Of a stretch of 64,000 nucleotides of DNA, positions 13,231 to 25,720 are shown in pieces (the stretch's first letter is position 1; every line of letters begins with the position of its first letter). Position numbers and translations under genes: made by a program. Under the pieces are notes generated by a model. That model saw nothing but the letters and a program-made list of their open reading frames with translations, ran no database searches and was not told where the DNA came from. This DNA comes from Podarcis cretensis (taxonomy: Eukaryota), in assembly GCA_951804945.1 (NCBI GenBank), contig OX638153.1, positions 53,196,001 through 53,260,000 of the forward strand, written 5' to 3'.

Positions 13231-14401
13231 CCACATTTGGAAATAACAACAATGATTACTAGCTTCTGTACTGCTGCACATAATATAACTTTATAGTTCA
13301 TAAACACACCAGCTGAGAAATTATTCATAAAAGCACCTAAATTCATTAGAAACTGACAAAAAAATAAAATCAGAACAAGCCCTGCTCACAGGCTTTTATA
13401 CTAAAGGAAATATGTCGCTTACTTAAAGATGGAACATTAACTTAATGTATGTTAGTGATCTCTAGCTCATGTTCATTATGTACATCATTCCTCATGCCTG
13501 ACTAAGTTTATGACATCTTGAATAACCCAAGGAAGAGCGGTGGAGAGAGAAATGAAGGATGAAATCTGCTACTCACGAGAAAAGAGATAAATTTTGTGGA
13601 AGTAATTTATTTTGACACACACACTAGGCAGTATACTGTGTCAGAGTCTTATAAAATTAATGGCAAGAATGTTCATTTGAGAACATCAGGTTTTTGAATT
13701 GAATTTAATTGATTTTTTGCCTAGTTAAACCATTGAAGTTTATTTTTCTTACAGTGGCTTCTGTAATATTTAATATTTTTATGAACATTTGCATTACTGA
13801 AAAACAGAGTAACTATCCTCTAAAAACATTTTCATTGTTAAATCTGTATTGAGGCTACAGTGCTACATTCAGTTACATGAAAATAAGCCCCATTAAATTC
13901 AGTAGCACTTTGGGATAGTTTAGCAAATAAACATCTAATTAACTTTGAGCAGAGAGTTAAGCAAATGTTTATATACATTACTGAATCAGAGTTGTAAGTG
14001 CAATTTGAGTATGTGAGGCATTGTCCCAACTCCTGGAAAAATATTTTTCATTGAACTTTACATATTTTAGGACACATAAAATTTACTGGTTGATAAAAGT
14101 GGCTACCTGTAAACACTCAATTGTTGGCTGCAATCCTATGCAATGTGTACCCTTACTTAAGCATGACAAAATCTTGTTCAACTCAACAACTCTGAGTAAT
14201 ATGTAGGGTAGGGAACTTCATCACTGTGAACACTGCCTCTAGACTGCCACAGAAATTGTATGTAATACATCTATATATCCCAAGACAAACCACCCCTTTG
14301 ACCTTACCCTGTAGCCTTTTTTGTGCTTATTAAAATACTCTCTGTTGCTTAATTTCTTGGCTGTTTCCACTCAGCTTCCTAAATTTCCTCCCTCCCCCTC
14401 C

Positions 14402-14572
14402 CAGGAGTGCCAGCTTGGTCCCACAACTGTGTGTGCCCAGGGCCATGGGTGCCATGCAACGTGCATGGCCCTGGCACCAAAATGTCTGGGTGCCCAGGCC
14501 ATAGGGAATTTTGTAGGTGCTTGGTCACCCACACATTTTGATGCCAGGGCACCCCAGGGAATTGGCACCTAC
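14402..14572. mobile_element. GC-rich palindromic MITE (hAT-like)
   Basis: Termini CAGGAGTGCCAGCTT and AATTGGCACCTA; internal inverted repeats (cagggccatg/catggccctg and tggcaccaaaatgt/acattttgatgcca). Confidence 0.55.
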
Positions 14573-16138
14573 CTACCGTCCCTATCCCTTTGATACATAG
14601 GTCAGCCTTCATCAGCATGATGCCCTCCAGATATTTTGTACATGTTGCATCATTCCTGACTAATGGCCATGCTAGCTGAGGCTAATGGAGAGCTGGAGTC
14701 TGAAACATCAATGCCAGCTAGAATGGCCAATGTCCAGGGATGATACTCCAAAGTGTGGAGTACAGCATGTTGGGAAATTTTGCCCTATGGTCTTGTATGG
14801 TGCTCCTTCCAGCCATTAGGATTCCTCACTTCACTAATATAGGAACCATTTTTTGCCCATATTGCTGTTGCAGAAGTCTTCTCTTTCAAGCAATCAAGAC
14901 ATTACACAGTAGCCACAGTGGAGAAAGCATCAGACCTTCACCAAGGAGACCGGGATTCTAATGCCTGGTCAGTGAAGTTTACTGGATATCAATGGGAATA
15001 ATTAACAAATGAATTCCTGGAGGTGAACCATAGATATGCCTCATTTGCTTTGTGACCGCTGCTGCTGTGCATTCATTGTTGGTGCAAACCACCCTGAACT
15101 GTATATAAATCAAGGTAAATCCAGTCTAACATGTTTCTTCTCAGTTGGATACCCATAACAAAGTGTATTACATTATCACAATGGTGACTGAAATGCCTTG
15201 TGTACTTCTTGCTTCTTCCCAGCCCAATGTGCATCACACTTCCTGTCTACCCTAATCTGGACACAAGAAAAAAAATACTTTGGGAAAGTTTTCTCCTTTA
15301 TGCATGAGATGTCCAGAATCTACTAAATATATTCGTTTAAAAGATGGTACAATGTGGGGGAGGGGGTACCTCATTTTCTGGCAGCACAAATATTTGATTT
15401 TCTGTTTGCTCCTTTCTAATAATGGCACCAAATGAGAGATATCCTGCACTAGAATCTTGAAGATCTGGCTTTCAGTTCCTTGAAACAGTCATAAAGCACC
15501 TATGAGCTTAAAGAACCGTTTTAGATTATTGCCTCCTCTGCTATCTAAACTGCAGTAGTAATTGCAGGGCTTTGAATATGCTTTGCTTCACAAAGCTATA
15601 TTGCTTTGCACAGTGTGCAGCAAGGAGAATGTGAAAAGAATATTATGAAGTGATTGTCTCAATTATTTGGGAAACAACACTATATGCAGTAATTTTCTAT
15701 CCACTAAGGAAATCTTAAAATGCCATGATATACTCCTGACACTCAGCCACACATTTTGGATTTGGCACCATGTTGTTGTAGCTTTTTCTGAGACAGGTTA
15801 ATTTTCTACTTTAACAGTATTTATTCTCATTAATAACCCCTAGAGAGAGCACTTACGGAAAGTAGGCTGAAAAGAAAACCTCCCTACCTTTTTTAAATTG
15901 TCTATTAGAATCAATTAAGGAGAGAAAGAAAACCACTTGGCTTCTCATTTCTACGTTTAAGTGTTATACAATGGCATATTCATTTGAAAATACTTTCATA
16001 GGGGCTGATTCAAAAATATGACTGGGTTTACATATAGTTATCCTGAGATAAGGAAGTCTGAACTCATTCTCTGATTGGTTTATACATGCAAGGCTTAAAA
16101 TCGAAATCTCATATGAATGAACAACCCTTGGCTTGATC

Positions 16139-16854
16139 TTTTTTTATATATAGGATATTTATTGAAGTTTTCAAGAATAATACAATGTAAAACAAAAGGA
16201 GGGAAAAAACAAAAATACAAAAATACAAAAATAAAAACAACTAAAAACACATAGAATTTCCATTTACTTATTTTATTTTAACTTATTTTCCAGACCTCCT
16301 CATACCTCCCTTTCTTATATTCCAGTTCAAATTATTAATTCAGCAAATCCTCACCATTAGTTTTTACTTGTTTCAAAACCTTATTTTCCATATCTCTTAA
16401 GCATTACAGCTGGAAACCACTTAATTTCTGTCCAACATCATTCTAACATTCATTAATTTTACAATATTTCTGCAAATAGTCTTTAAACTTCTTCCAATCT
16501 TCTTCCGCCGACTCTTTTCCCTGGTCTCGGATTCTGCCGGTCATTTCTGCCAATCCCATATAGTCCATCATCTTCATCTGCCATTCTTCCAGAGTGGGTA
16601 AATCTTGTGTCTTCCAATATGGTGGTGTCTCTTTCCCTGGACCAAGGAGTCCAAATGATAAGTTTGCTATGTCTAATATTCCTTTTTCCAGTGTTCTTGG
16701 GTCTTCTCCAGATTCCACTTCTTTCTGTAGGTCTTCTCCGTGATCTTTCAAAAACTTGTCTTTATCATTCACATTATTCTTATTTTCCTTTCTTTGTATT
16801 TAAAAGATAGGCCTTGGGGAAATTCCCACCTGAAGAGTATTCTATTTCTCCTCA
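16139..16854 (-). mobile_element. L1 LINE derivative: ORF1 C-terminus joined to ORF2 C-terminus, then 3' UTR and poly(A)
   Basis: Minus strand encodes LRRNRILFRWEFPQGLSFKYKERKIRI (ORF1p C-terminal-domain-like), then YWKTQDLPTLEEWQMKMMDYMGLAEMTGRIRDQ...WKKFKDYLQKY (reptile L1 ORF2 end). AATAAA and poly(A) near 16139-16163; 9-bp TSD GGCTTGATC at 16130-16138 and 16855-16863. Confidence 0.85.
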
Positions 16855-17002
16855 GGCTTGATCAGTGTTATCTCACATATTGTAAAATGAATTATTCTTT
16901 AAAATTGTGGGAGATTTTAGTAAAACATAACTATGGACATCTCCACCTCCAATTCCTTTGAGGGCTGCACTTTGCATTAAGTCCTAAGTATCTGAATTTT
17001 CA

Positions 17003-17362
17003 GGGACACGGGTAGTGCTGTGGGTTAAACCACAGAGCCTAGGACTTGCCGATCAGAAGGTTGGCGGTTCAAATCCCCGCAACAAGGTGAGCTCCCGTTG
17101 CTTGGTCCCTGCTCCTGCCAACCTAGCAGTTTGAAAGGACGTCAAAGTGCAAGTAGATAAATAGGTACCACTCCGGTGGGAAGGTAAACGGCGTTTCCGT
17201 GCGCTGCTCTGGTTCACCAAAGTGGCTTAGTCATGCTGGCCACATGACCTGGAAGCTGTATGCCAGCTCCCTCGGCCAATGAAGCTAGATGAGCTAGATG
17301 AGCGCCGCAACCCCAGAGTTGGCCACGACTGGACCTAATGGTCAGGGGTCCCTTTACCGTTT
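17003..17362 (+). mobile_element. Sauria SINE, older subfamily
   Basis: Head GGGACACGGGTAGTGCTGTGG, tail CCTTTACCGTT; TSD TATCTGAATTTTCA at 16989-17002 and 17363-17376. Confidence 0.93.
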
Positions 17363-17894
17363 TATCTGAATTTTCACCATCAAGTACAGCTACAACCTTT
17401 GCCAAATGCAGTTGGCCAAACACCTGTACTTGATCCCAAAGACTCAGGATTAGACATGAGGGGAAATACATGCTGCAAGTTCCAGCATAAAAAGCACCAA
17501 GCATCTTACATCAGCAGTCCACCCCACAACCCACAAATGGTAATGATGTTCTCAAAGCATGTAGACATCATGTTGTATTAAAATGACACTGGTCCAACAA
17601 ATTACTAGATTTTATTTCACTTTTTTGTCTCATATTTCTTCTCCAGGCAAGAGCAAACATTTCACCTGGATCTATTTGTAACACCTTTTTCTTGGAAACT
17701 GAGAACAGAAGTGATTCCCCCCCCCCCCCTATTGTTTTGTAACAGGCTTCACAGCCTCACTGTATTATTAACAGGCCACCCATTGTTAAAAGCTGATCTA
17801 CTTCCTTGTTTACTCAACAGAGTTCAGCAAGTTTCGTTGCATTCTGCAGCCCCTACTGCAATTGCAGTAGTATACAGTTCAGTTATAGACTCAC

Positions 17895-17977
17895 CTGAGT
17901 TCCTTGGGTTCAACCATCTCACACTGTGGAAGCTCATATCATTACGGTAAGAACTACAGCCCTTGGTGACAATTAAA
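17895..17977 (-). other. ENOX2: Candidate 5'-leader exon B (83 nt) of an ENOX-family gene
   Basis: Minus strand: gctttgtcttgtag|TTTAATTG...GAACTCAG|gtgagt (strong acceptor and donor). Only one frame is open, and it matches the phase of exon A. Gene name from recollection only. Confidence 0.6.
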
Positions 17978-18794
17978 CTACAAGACAAAGCAATCGACAC
18001 AGATTATGTATACAAGGGCATGTGATTATATACATGTTTATCACATGCCCCCCTTCTTTTTGACTGCAATGTTTTACAAGCAAGTTTTGTATTAGAAAGA
18101 GTTTAAAGTTGCAAATGACTCCTGTATTCATGTTTTTATGAGATGCATTTGCTTGCAGAATGAATGGTGTACAACATTTGTCTGCATTCAGTTGAGTGTT
18201 GACTTTAAAGAAGGGAATGACGGAGAAGATGACAATTGAGAGAACAATCCTACACACAAGAAGCTGACATAAAGCAAACCTGTGTAAATTAAGCTGACAT
18301 AAAATTACGTCATGTTCAATCTTTGTGCAAGACAAGGGCTACAGCTGATTGAGCTAGTCTAAGCCTGTCAGAGGGAAAACAAGCCTTTAAAATAGTGCTT
18401 GAGTTACACAATCCTTTGGGGAGGCTTAACATATGCCTGGTTGCTAAATCACATGACCAAGCTGAACAGGCTTAGGATCCAGCCTAAGTTCCCCCTCTCT
18501 GATCCTATCCCCACCACACACCCCAAAAGCCCTTGTTTCGGGGTTTATTCATGCTGGTTTGAGATCCTCCAGGCATGGCTTAGTCTGCTGGGATGAGAGA
18601 AATACACCAATATATATCTGACTGAGCCAAAGATGAGGGAGTTAAGATGGTGTAGCCTGGCTGCACCAAAAACCTTCTAGCTCAGCTGGAGATCCACTGG
18701 ATCCTAACCTTCCCATCCCAGGAAATTTTGCTATAGGATTGCTCCCTTAATGAGATACATCTTTGTTGCAAACTAGAGGATTTTTCTTTTGCTA

Positions 18795-18970
18795 AGGCAC
18801 GCTTGGCAAATCCACACCGTGATCAACTCCCACCCAGAAACCAATGTCCCCACTGTGGAAGGACATGTGGATCCAGAACTGGCCTCCACAGTCACTTACG
18901 GACTCATTGTTAAAACCATGTTTATAGAAGACAATCTTACTCGGCTACGAGAGATCGCCAGAGAGAAGAA
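18795..18970 (+). mobile_element. 5'-truncated RTE-clade LINE 3' end (not Bov-B)
   Basis: Encodes ARLANPHRDQLPPRNQCPHCGRTCGSRTGLHSHLRTHC* (terminal C2H2 finger), short 3' UTR and GAA tail; 12-bp TSD TTTCTTTTGCTA at 18783-18794 and 18971-18982. Confidence 0.85.
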
Positions 18971-20502
18971 TTTCTTTTGCTATGCTGTCTTATTTTAGCA
19001 TGCTGGCTGATACTTTTTAGGAGAAAGAAAGAAGCTCAATCCATTAAAACAAGCCGAGTCAGACAAATCTTTGAATCCAAACGTGTTATGAGACTGTCAC
19101 AACAATGGAGCAGAAAATTACACAAGGTCTTGCAGCAATTTAGCACACAGTCTGATTTTTGTCCCTCATTTTCTTGACCCTGGCCCTTTTGCTGAACAAT
19201 ACTGCTTTATACACATTATTTATGGAAGCTTCACCCAAAATATCAGTAGCACAAAGTCATGAGTCAGTTTCTGCAATGTGAACAAAGCACACTCTAAACA
19301 AAGTGTGTCCTTTCAATTCCCAGCAGGGATTCAAAGCCTAACTTATTAGAGCATTATCTCAACCTCCCACCTATTGAGCTGCCGCTGGAATGTTCAGCAT
19401 TCTGCTTTTTCATATAGGCACTAGAATTTTGTGTTCCTGGTGGCATTTCAACTCACCAGCTCTCCTGATTATGCCATTCCCAGACGATTATCAGTCAGGA
19501 CTGCCAGATTAAAATACCAACACTAATGGAAAATTTGGAAGCTAAAGCTGCAGTCCCATACACATTTACCTGCAAATAAGCCTCACTGAACTCAGAAGGA
19601 CTTGCTGCCAAAAAAAACATTGTGCTGCGAGTGTTTCAAAGAAGGAAACCTCATTCCATTAGATCTGGTGTGACCCAGTACAGCATGGGCAGTCAACATG
19701 CTACTCTGCAGGTATTGTTAGGTTCCAGCTCCCATTAACTTCAACCGGCATGGCCAGTGGCCAGGGATGGTGGAAATCCACCAGCACCTGGAGGGCACTA
19801 CATTGCTACCCCTGCATAAATACAGCCTGTCATTAGGATATGATGGTGGCCTTCTTTGCATTGTAAAGATACACATCCTAAAACCCCAACCAAGCTCAGG
19901 AGCTATTGGTCTTTCAAGTCAGATACAGATTTGGATTTGGTCCCAGCATGCTTAGCATGACCCAGATCATTTCTGTGTCCATGTCAGAGTTTGGATCAGC
20001 ATTTTAGTGAGTTAAGATCAGCCAGTGGAAAGCTGGATTGAAAATCATATTGTCCTGAATGTTTTTCCCAGTACAAAATGCAGCAGTTTTGCCCATCTCC
20101 AATGTTCAGTTTAGAGCATCTAATTAAGTAAGTGTGTGAGGCACAAATATGTAAGGCACATTGAATCAACTTCCCAGTTTTTCAGGACACATGTTTGTGA
20201 CTGCATGCTGGAAAACACTCACATCGTGGGCACTTCCTGCATGTGGAAGACTGATACATCAGGGAGAAAACTCAATGTCTTCTAGTGTGGTACAAGCCCA
20301 TGAGAGGGGTGAATCATGTCTATGTCTGACTGCCTCAAGTGCTGAAACCAGGGTGTCTAGAATTATTATTTCAGTTGCACCAGTGGGCACAGTCTCCCCA
20401 GTATTAACCCCTTCTTTCTTGTATCTTATTTTCAACCCACACTTAGACATTTCTGAAACACTGCTCTGTAAATTCATTCTTACAGTGCATCTCACACATG
20501 GC

Positions 20503-21075
20503 CTCAGTTCAGACATAATGCCAAACTATCATTTGGCAATCAGCTGTTTCCAAAAGGTCTCCCCCCCTCTCCCTTCACTAACTATGGCACCAAAGCACTA
20601 ACTGAAATTGAAGTGGGTTTGTGTAGTTTCACCAATTCAGTCATCACAGAAAACTATGGTTAGCAAAAGCTAGGAAATGGAGGAGCAAACCAATGTGCAA
20701 ATGGGGAGGGGGAGAAGAGGGCAGTGGAAGGAGAGCATGAGTCAAAGGAAAGCTCCCAGTGCCAATCCATAGCCATGAAAAAAGGTAGAATCCCAAGATA
20801 TCTGACTCTGAAATATTCCCTTTCCTCCAGCCAAAACATGAGCTGTAGCCAATGTTTATTCTATGGCTTACCACTCATGGTTTGCCTGGGGCAGATAAAC
20901 CATTAGTTCAAGTTCAAATCACATGCTAAATGAAACCATGGCTTAGCTCACAGCAGTGTAGCAGCAGGAAGACTTGAGGAGGAGCAAGGCAGTCATCATC
21001 TCCTCTCTGGGAGCCTGTATGCTTACATGTTCAAACCAAGCCATGGTTTGGTTTAATATTACATGTGAACTAAGA
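20503..21075. mobile_element. Old MITE, possibly PIF/Harbinger-type
   Basis: Imperfect inverted termini (cagttcagacataat / attacatgtgaacta) and repeated aaaccatgg-type palindromic motifs. Confidence 0.35.
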
Positions 21076-21623
21076 CAATGGTTCAAGACTGCCAGGGTTT
21101 CCACTAAATCTGATGGGTAAGATAAGTAGAACTGGGCACTAACAGCACACTGAGGATACCTTCTCCCAAATTGCTAAATGACCACACTCAACCATCCCCC
21201 AAATAGCATAGGGACAAAATAGATCCCCATAGAGTACTACAGCATAAGTGCCAAGGAGAAGAGCTATCATCTTCCAGAACTGCCTTCTGGATCTGTCAAG
21301 ATAGGGAGCAATGTGATGCCTCCAATTCCCACCTCCAGCAGCTGGTCCAGAAGGATGCCTCAGCTAATGGTTGGGAACATATGCACAGCTTTGCTCATAG
21401 CTATTCTCAGAGGTGAGCTATGCTCTGCGTTTTCCATTTACAGTAATAATTAAGCAGCCAGAAGAAAGAGTCAGACTGCAAAACAAGCTGTGAATTTCAT
21501 ACATTGGCATCCACCCACCAAGCAAGCACAAACATCTGAGACGGTACAAATAGAGATAATGAACTGGCCATTAGCAATGGAACTGATGATGAAGCTCCTA
21601 AAAGTGCCAATGGTGAGCAAGAG

Positions 21624-21625
<2 letters not shown>

Positions 21626-21696
<71 letters not shown>
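21626..21696. repeat. Compound microsatellite (TG)n(AG)n
   Basis: Perfect TG tract (about 15 units) followed directly by an AG tract (about 20 units). Confidence 0.97.
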
Positions 21697-21699
<3 letters not shown>

Positions 21700-22104
21700 A
21701 TAATTCCCAAACAAATCACATTGGATTAATAAACTCAGCTGCACCAAGTTAACTTTTCTTCATCTAATCATCAGGTCAAAGTTGCACTGAGTAAAATCAT
21801 CAGCTTTTAGTAGAGAAAACCGTGCTGACTCAGAAGTTGGCCCAAAGTTTGCATAGGTATGGACAAATTCTGCTCAACTCGTAGCAACTGACAGCTCTTG
21901 AGCATAATGAGAAATCAAGTGTTTGCATCGAAAGATGAGCTGTATCTCTCAAAGACCTTTTTATGCTGACAGGCCTATGCAGCTATTTAAAACTTTATTG
22001 AATAGTCAGTCGTTTTAATTATTTTGTACTGCTTTTAGAGGTATTTTATGTTTCGTTGCCTACATATTGTTGTACACCATCCTGATATTTTAAAAGGTGG
22101 TGGC

Positions 22105-22290
22105 ATAGGAGAGAACTCCTAGGGGCCAAGGCCCCTAATTCCCCTACCCAATAAAATATTGGAGGGGGCCACCCCCACCCCAAGTTGCCATTCAAATGGT
22201 GTGCATGTGCCATGTCATGTGATTGATTATGCAGGGTGAGACTTACCTTCCCCCCTGTAATATTTTATTCAAGTTAACCCCCTTCTCCTG
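22105..22290. mobile_element. Degenerate hAT-like MITE
   Basis: Subterminal inverted motif aataaaatatt (22151) / aatattttatt (22259); degenerate termini. Confidence 0.5.
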
Positions 22291-23844
22291 GGTGATATAT
22301 AAAAACTTTTGTAAATAAGTAAAATATATGCCTGCATCTCCTTAGATGTCAATCTTAGCAATTGGTGGCCTTAGGAATGGTGGCCTGGAATAGAAGGAAA
22401 CCACAATTACACTTCAGAATAGGGTGGCCATGGGGGCTGATGCCTCTTTAACAGTGGTCTAGAAAAAAAAACGTATTTCAGCAGGCAAAGCTTGCCATGA
22501 AAATTACACCTGCTGAAATTCCCTCTTTACACAAGTGTTAAGGATGCAGGAATCCTCCGCTCATTTTCCCCAGCATTGAGAAGAGATTTGTTTTGTGCTG
22601 ATTGCATTTGGGTCCCAGAAGAATTTGTTTATTGTAATGTAAATCGAAGACATCATGAAATCCATTGCCAACCTGAACTCATGCCTACCTTATCCGCTTC
22701 AGAATTAGCAGGAAACAAAAACAGTCTCTGAGCAGAACAGAGTGAAATAGGTGTGCACTACAATCCTATATTGTATGTGTCTACTTGCAGGTATGCCCAA
22801 TTGAGTTTGACGGTGCTCCCAGGTAACCGCATATAGAGCTACAGCCTTAAATCTACTTAATTGTGCTTGTGATACAGTTTAAAAATAAATCATACTTGAA
22901 GCTTTTATTAGGATTGTCTAAATAGGTAGCCATTCCTAGAATGTGTTATATCCAGGATGAAACCTTATCATTTCAATTTGAACCAGTTGTTTTAGTTAAC
23001 AGCAGTTAACTCCAAATACAAATTTATTTCTTCTTCTGCTTTAGGGAAAGCAGCATCAGTATGGGGGGGGGATAGAATAAGTTTGTGTTTTTTCATTCTT
23101 CTATCAGTTACCCACCTTGTGCATTTTCTCCTCTGAAGTTGAGATGAGCTGATCGAGCACCAATTGACATTGACACCACTCCCTCCATATTTGATAGCTG
23201 AGGATAAAAGAGATGCAAGCCACCAGTCATTTTTGCATTTTTAGTAGCACAGTGTGGCACAAACTTGCAAAGCACTCATAAAACGGTAGCTCTGCCTACC
23301 ATTAAGTATCCAAGCTCAAAGTGTGCCCATATTCTAGCAGCTTTTAAAAAACATCCGTCCGTTTTTAAGTTGCCATGTTGTTAAGTAAAGTGTCGTGATT
23401 CACAGGGACACCAAGCCATGTGGCGAAGTCCTACTGGGCCAGAGCTCTTTATCACAACTCAGAATGAGTTAACTCTTGACATCTTTGATGCCAATGGGGA
23501 AAGAAAACAAGAAAAGATGTTACATAAGATAGCAGCATCTGGTTCTTACATAAATGAATATATGAGTTTATGTTGACTGAGATTTATGTTCTAAATCTCT
23601 CTTATTTTGATCATAATTGCCATGCATTCACATGCTTTCTTACATCAAGACCAGGCTCTGGTCCACCATCATCACAAATTTGGGGGGTGGCAGCCCAAGA
23701 AATGACATTCTCTGGGCCAGCCCCTAAGTTGTAGAGATCCCTTCCCAAAGAGGTGAGCCTGGCACCTTCATCAGCTACCTTTCATCACATGCTGAAGAGG
23801 CACCTCTTTACCCTGACCTTTGAGATATCCATTGAATCATAGAA

Positions 23845-24633
23845 AGACTCTCCTCCTGCAAAGAGGGGAGGGGTTGTGGGCGGGATCCGATCTCCGCCTC
23901 AAGCAGGGGGCATTAGCCCCCTGCCACCCACTCACCTGGCTGGCGCACCACGCCCACGGGCAAGCGCCCAACCAGGCGGCTTGAAGGGGGCGTGGACAGC
24001 AGCTTAACTTGTTGCTGCGCCAGCCACGCGGTCTCACTTTTCGCCATCCTGTCGCGAGTCACCCACCCTCCACTCCCTCAGAGCTCAGGGTTTCAATTTC
24101 TCTTTTGGCCTTGCTATGGACCTTAGGTTGATCCCCCAGGTGGCCTGGTAGGAATTTTTCCATTTGGCATTAGGCTTTGTGGTTTTTTCGCCTACCTCGT
24201 AGCAACCGTCACAACTTTCGTGGTATTGGTGGGTAGATTAGGCATTGGAATGTGTTTGTGGTGGTGGAAGGGCTAGGTGTGGCCATCGCCTACGCCTTCA
24301 ATTTGGGTATTCCGTTAAAGGAATCCGGCAGTCATGGATCCTGTCCGATGCCTGTGTGGTGGGGGGCCATGGCACGACCCTCGGTGACATCAGGGGAGAG
24401 CTTATACTTGGATTAGCATCAACGGGCTCCACCTACTGGTGAATACACCCCCCTTTTTAGACTCACCCCTCTCCGAGTGGGTGGAGTCAAGTCACGTGAT
24501 CCAATGCCTAAGCCAATACCTTTTCACTTGCTGTAATCAATAAAGTTGTGGCCTTTTCTTGACCCATTAACCTTATATTACGTGTCCTTGTGTCTTCATT
24601 TCACTAAGCGGGGATCGGGTCCTCGAACCACAA
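23845..24633 (+). mobile_element. Ngaro/DIRS-type tyrosine-recombinase retroelement, solo terminal repeat (no ORFs)
   Basis: Both ends are homologous to the ends of the RT/RH/YR-bearing element at 59224-60893. AATAAA at 24538. No long TSD; AA at both junctions. It interrupts a SINE tail (gaatcatagaa|ttgtagatttggaaggg). Confidence 0.8.
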
Positions 24634-24693
24634 TTGTAGATTTGGAAGGGACCCCAGAGGTCCTCTACTCTAACCCCCTGTAATGCAGGAATC
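24634..24693 (-). mobile_element. 3' part of a short tRNA-SINE with CR1-like tail, split by the Ngaro insertion (remainder at 23833-23844)
   Basis: Reverse complement matches the 3' half of the SINE at 58168-58320 (ttcctgcattacagggggttagagtagaggacc...cccttcca). Confidence 0.7.
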
Positions 24694-24734
24694 ACATTTT
24701 AGTGTCCCATCCCGTCCCCAGCTACGCCTCTGAC

Positions 24735-25002
24735 CTGAACCCTTATATTCCAGCTTGATCACTGAGGTCATCTGCAAGAGCATTTTTAGTCATTCCCCAA
24801 GTTGGTAAGGCTCATTTAACAACAATGAGAAATTGAGTCTTCAGTGTCGACAGCCCAGTCCTGTGAAACTCCCTGCCAACAGAGAATCAGCAAGTGCCTT
24901 CTATGCAAACTTTTAAACACCTGCTGAAAATATTTCTATTCCACCAGGTCTATGCAGGCATTTTAGCGTATATCCTTCACGACGGTCTATTGATGTTTGT
25001 TT

Positions 25003-25037
<35 letters not shown>

Positions 25038-25130
25038 TTTCATTGTATGGTTTTATGATTTTATATCATTACAAAGCCTTGTGATATATTTTATGACACA
25101 GTGGTATATAATTTTTTTTAAAATAAATAA
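24735..25130 (+). mobile_element. Degenerate L2-type LINE 3' fragment with a (TTTA)n tract
   Basis: L2-like ORF-end motifs (ctgtgaaactccctgcc...tttaaacacctgctgaaaata) followed by an AT-rich tail. Confidence 0.55.
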
Positions 25131-25720
25131 AGGATTGGAGCACTGATACAGAAACTAAGTGGAGGAAGGCAGGCACTGTTTCAACAGGCAGCTGAACCCT
25201 GTATTCCAGCTAAGCCCAACAAGAAATGCCTATTTGCTACTGTCTTTCCATCTATTCAAACTACAAAAAGACAAGTTTCTCTCACTAACCCTGCAGAGTC
25301 AGGCTGGCAGATGGATCGCTTACTCAGGAAACAACCTGCCAAGGAAATAATTTATATGTCAGGAGCCACATTCCCTCTTGGGTAGTCTGCTGAGAGCTGG
25401 GAGGGTCATGGTGGGCAGAGGGCAGGCCAGATTAAGTCCAAAAGAGAGAAATACATTTATCTCTCTGCTGTCTCCTTCCCAAATCCATTTCTCAGTCCTC
25501 TTCCAACTCTTCCCACCTTTCTTTATTCTAGAGAAGTCAGAGAATTCCAAAGAAAAGAGAAAAGGAAGCAGAAATTGCTGTGGTTTGCATGTTTTCCTGT
25601 GGTCAGGGATAGAAATCATCCGAGTAAATAAAATCAGTTCATACTGTTGCTGGAAGAAGTAGGATTTAAGTTTACAAACTTAATTGATGATTTTTTTCTA
25701 AACATTATGAAATGAATGTA

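Noticed and set aside
2714-17977. N-terminal coding extension of the main ENOX ORF through exons B and C
   Set aside because: Exon C has one fully open frame (EPSFSVSHFTPESIIWIKPRHTKPISKR), but the matching frame in exon B has several stops and no ATG after the last one.
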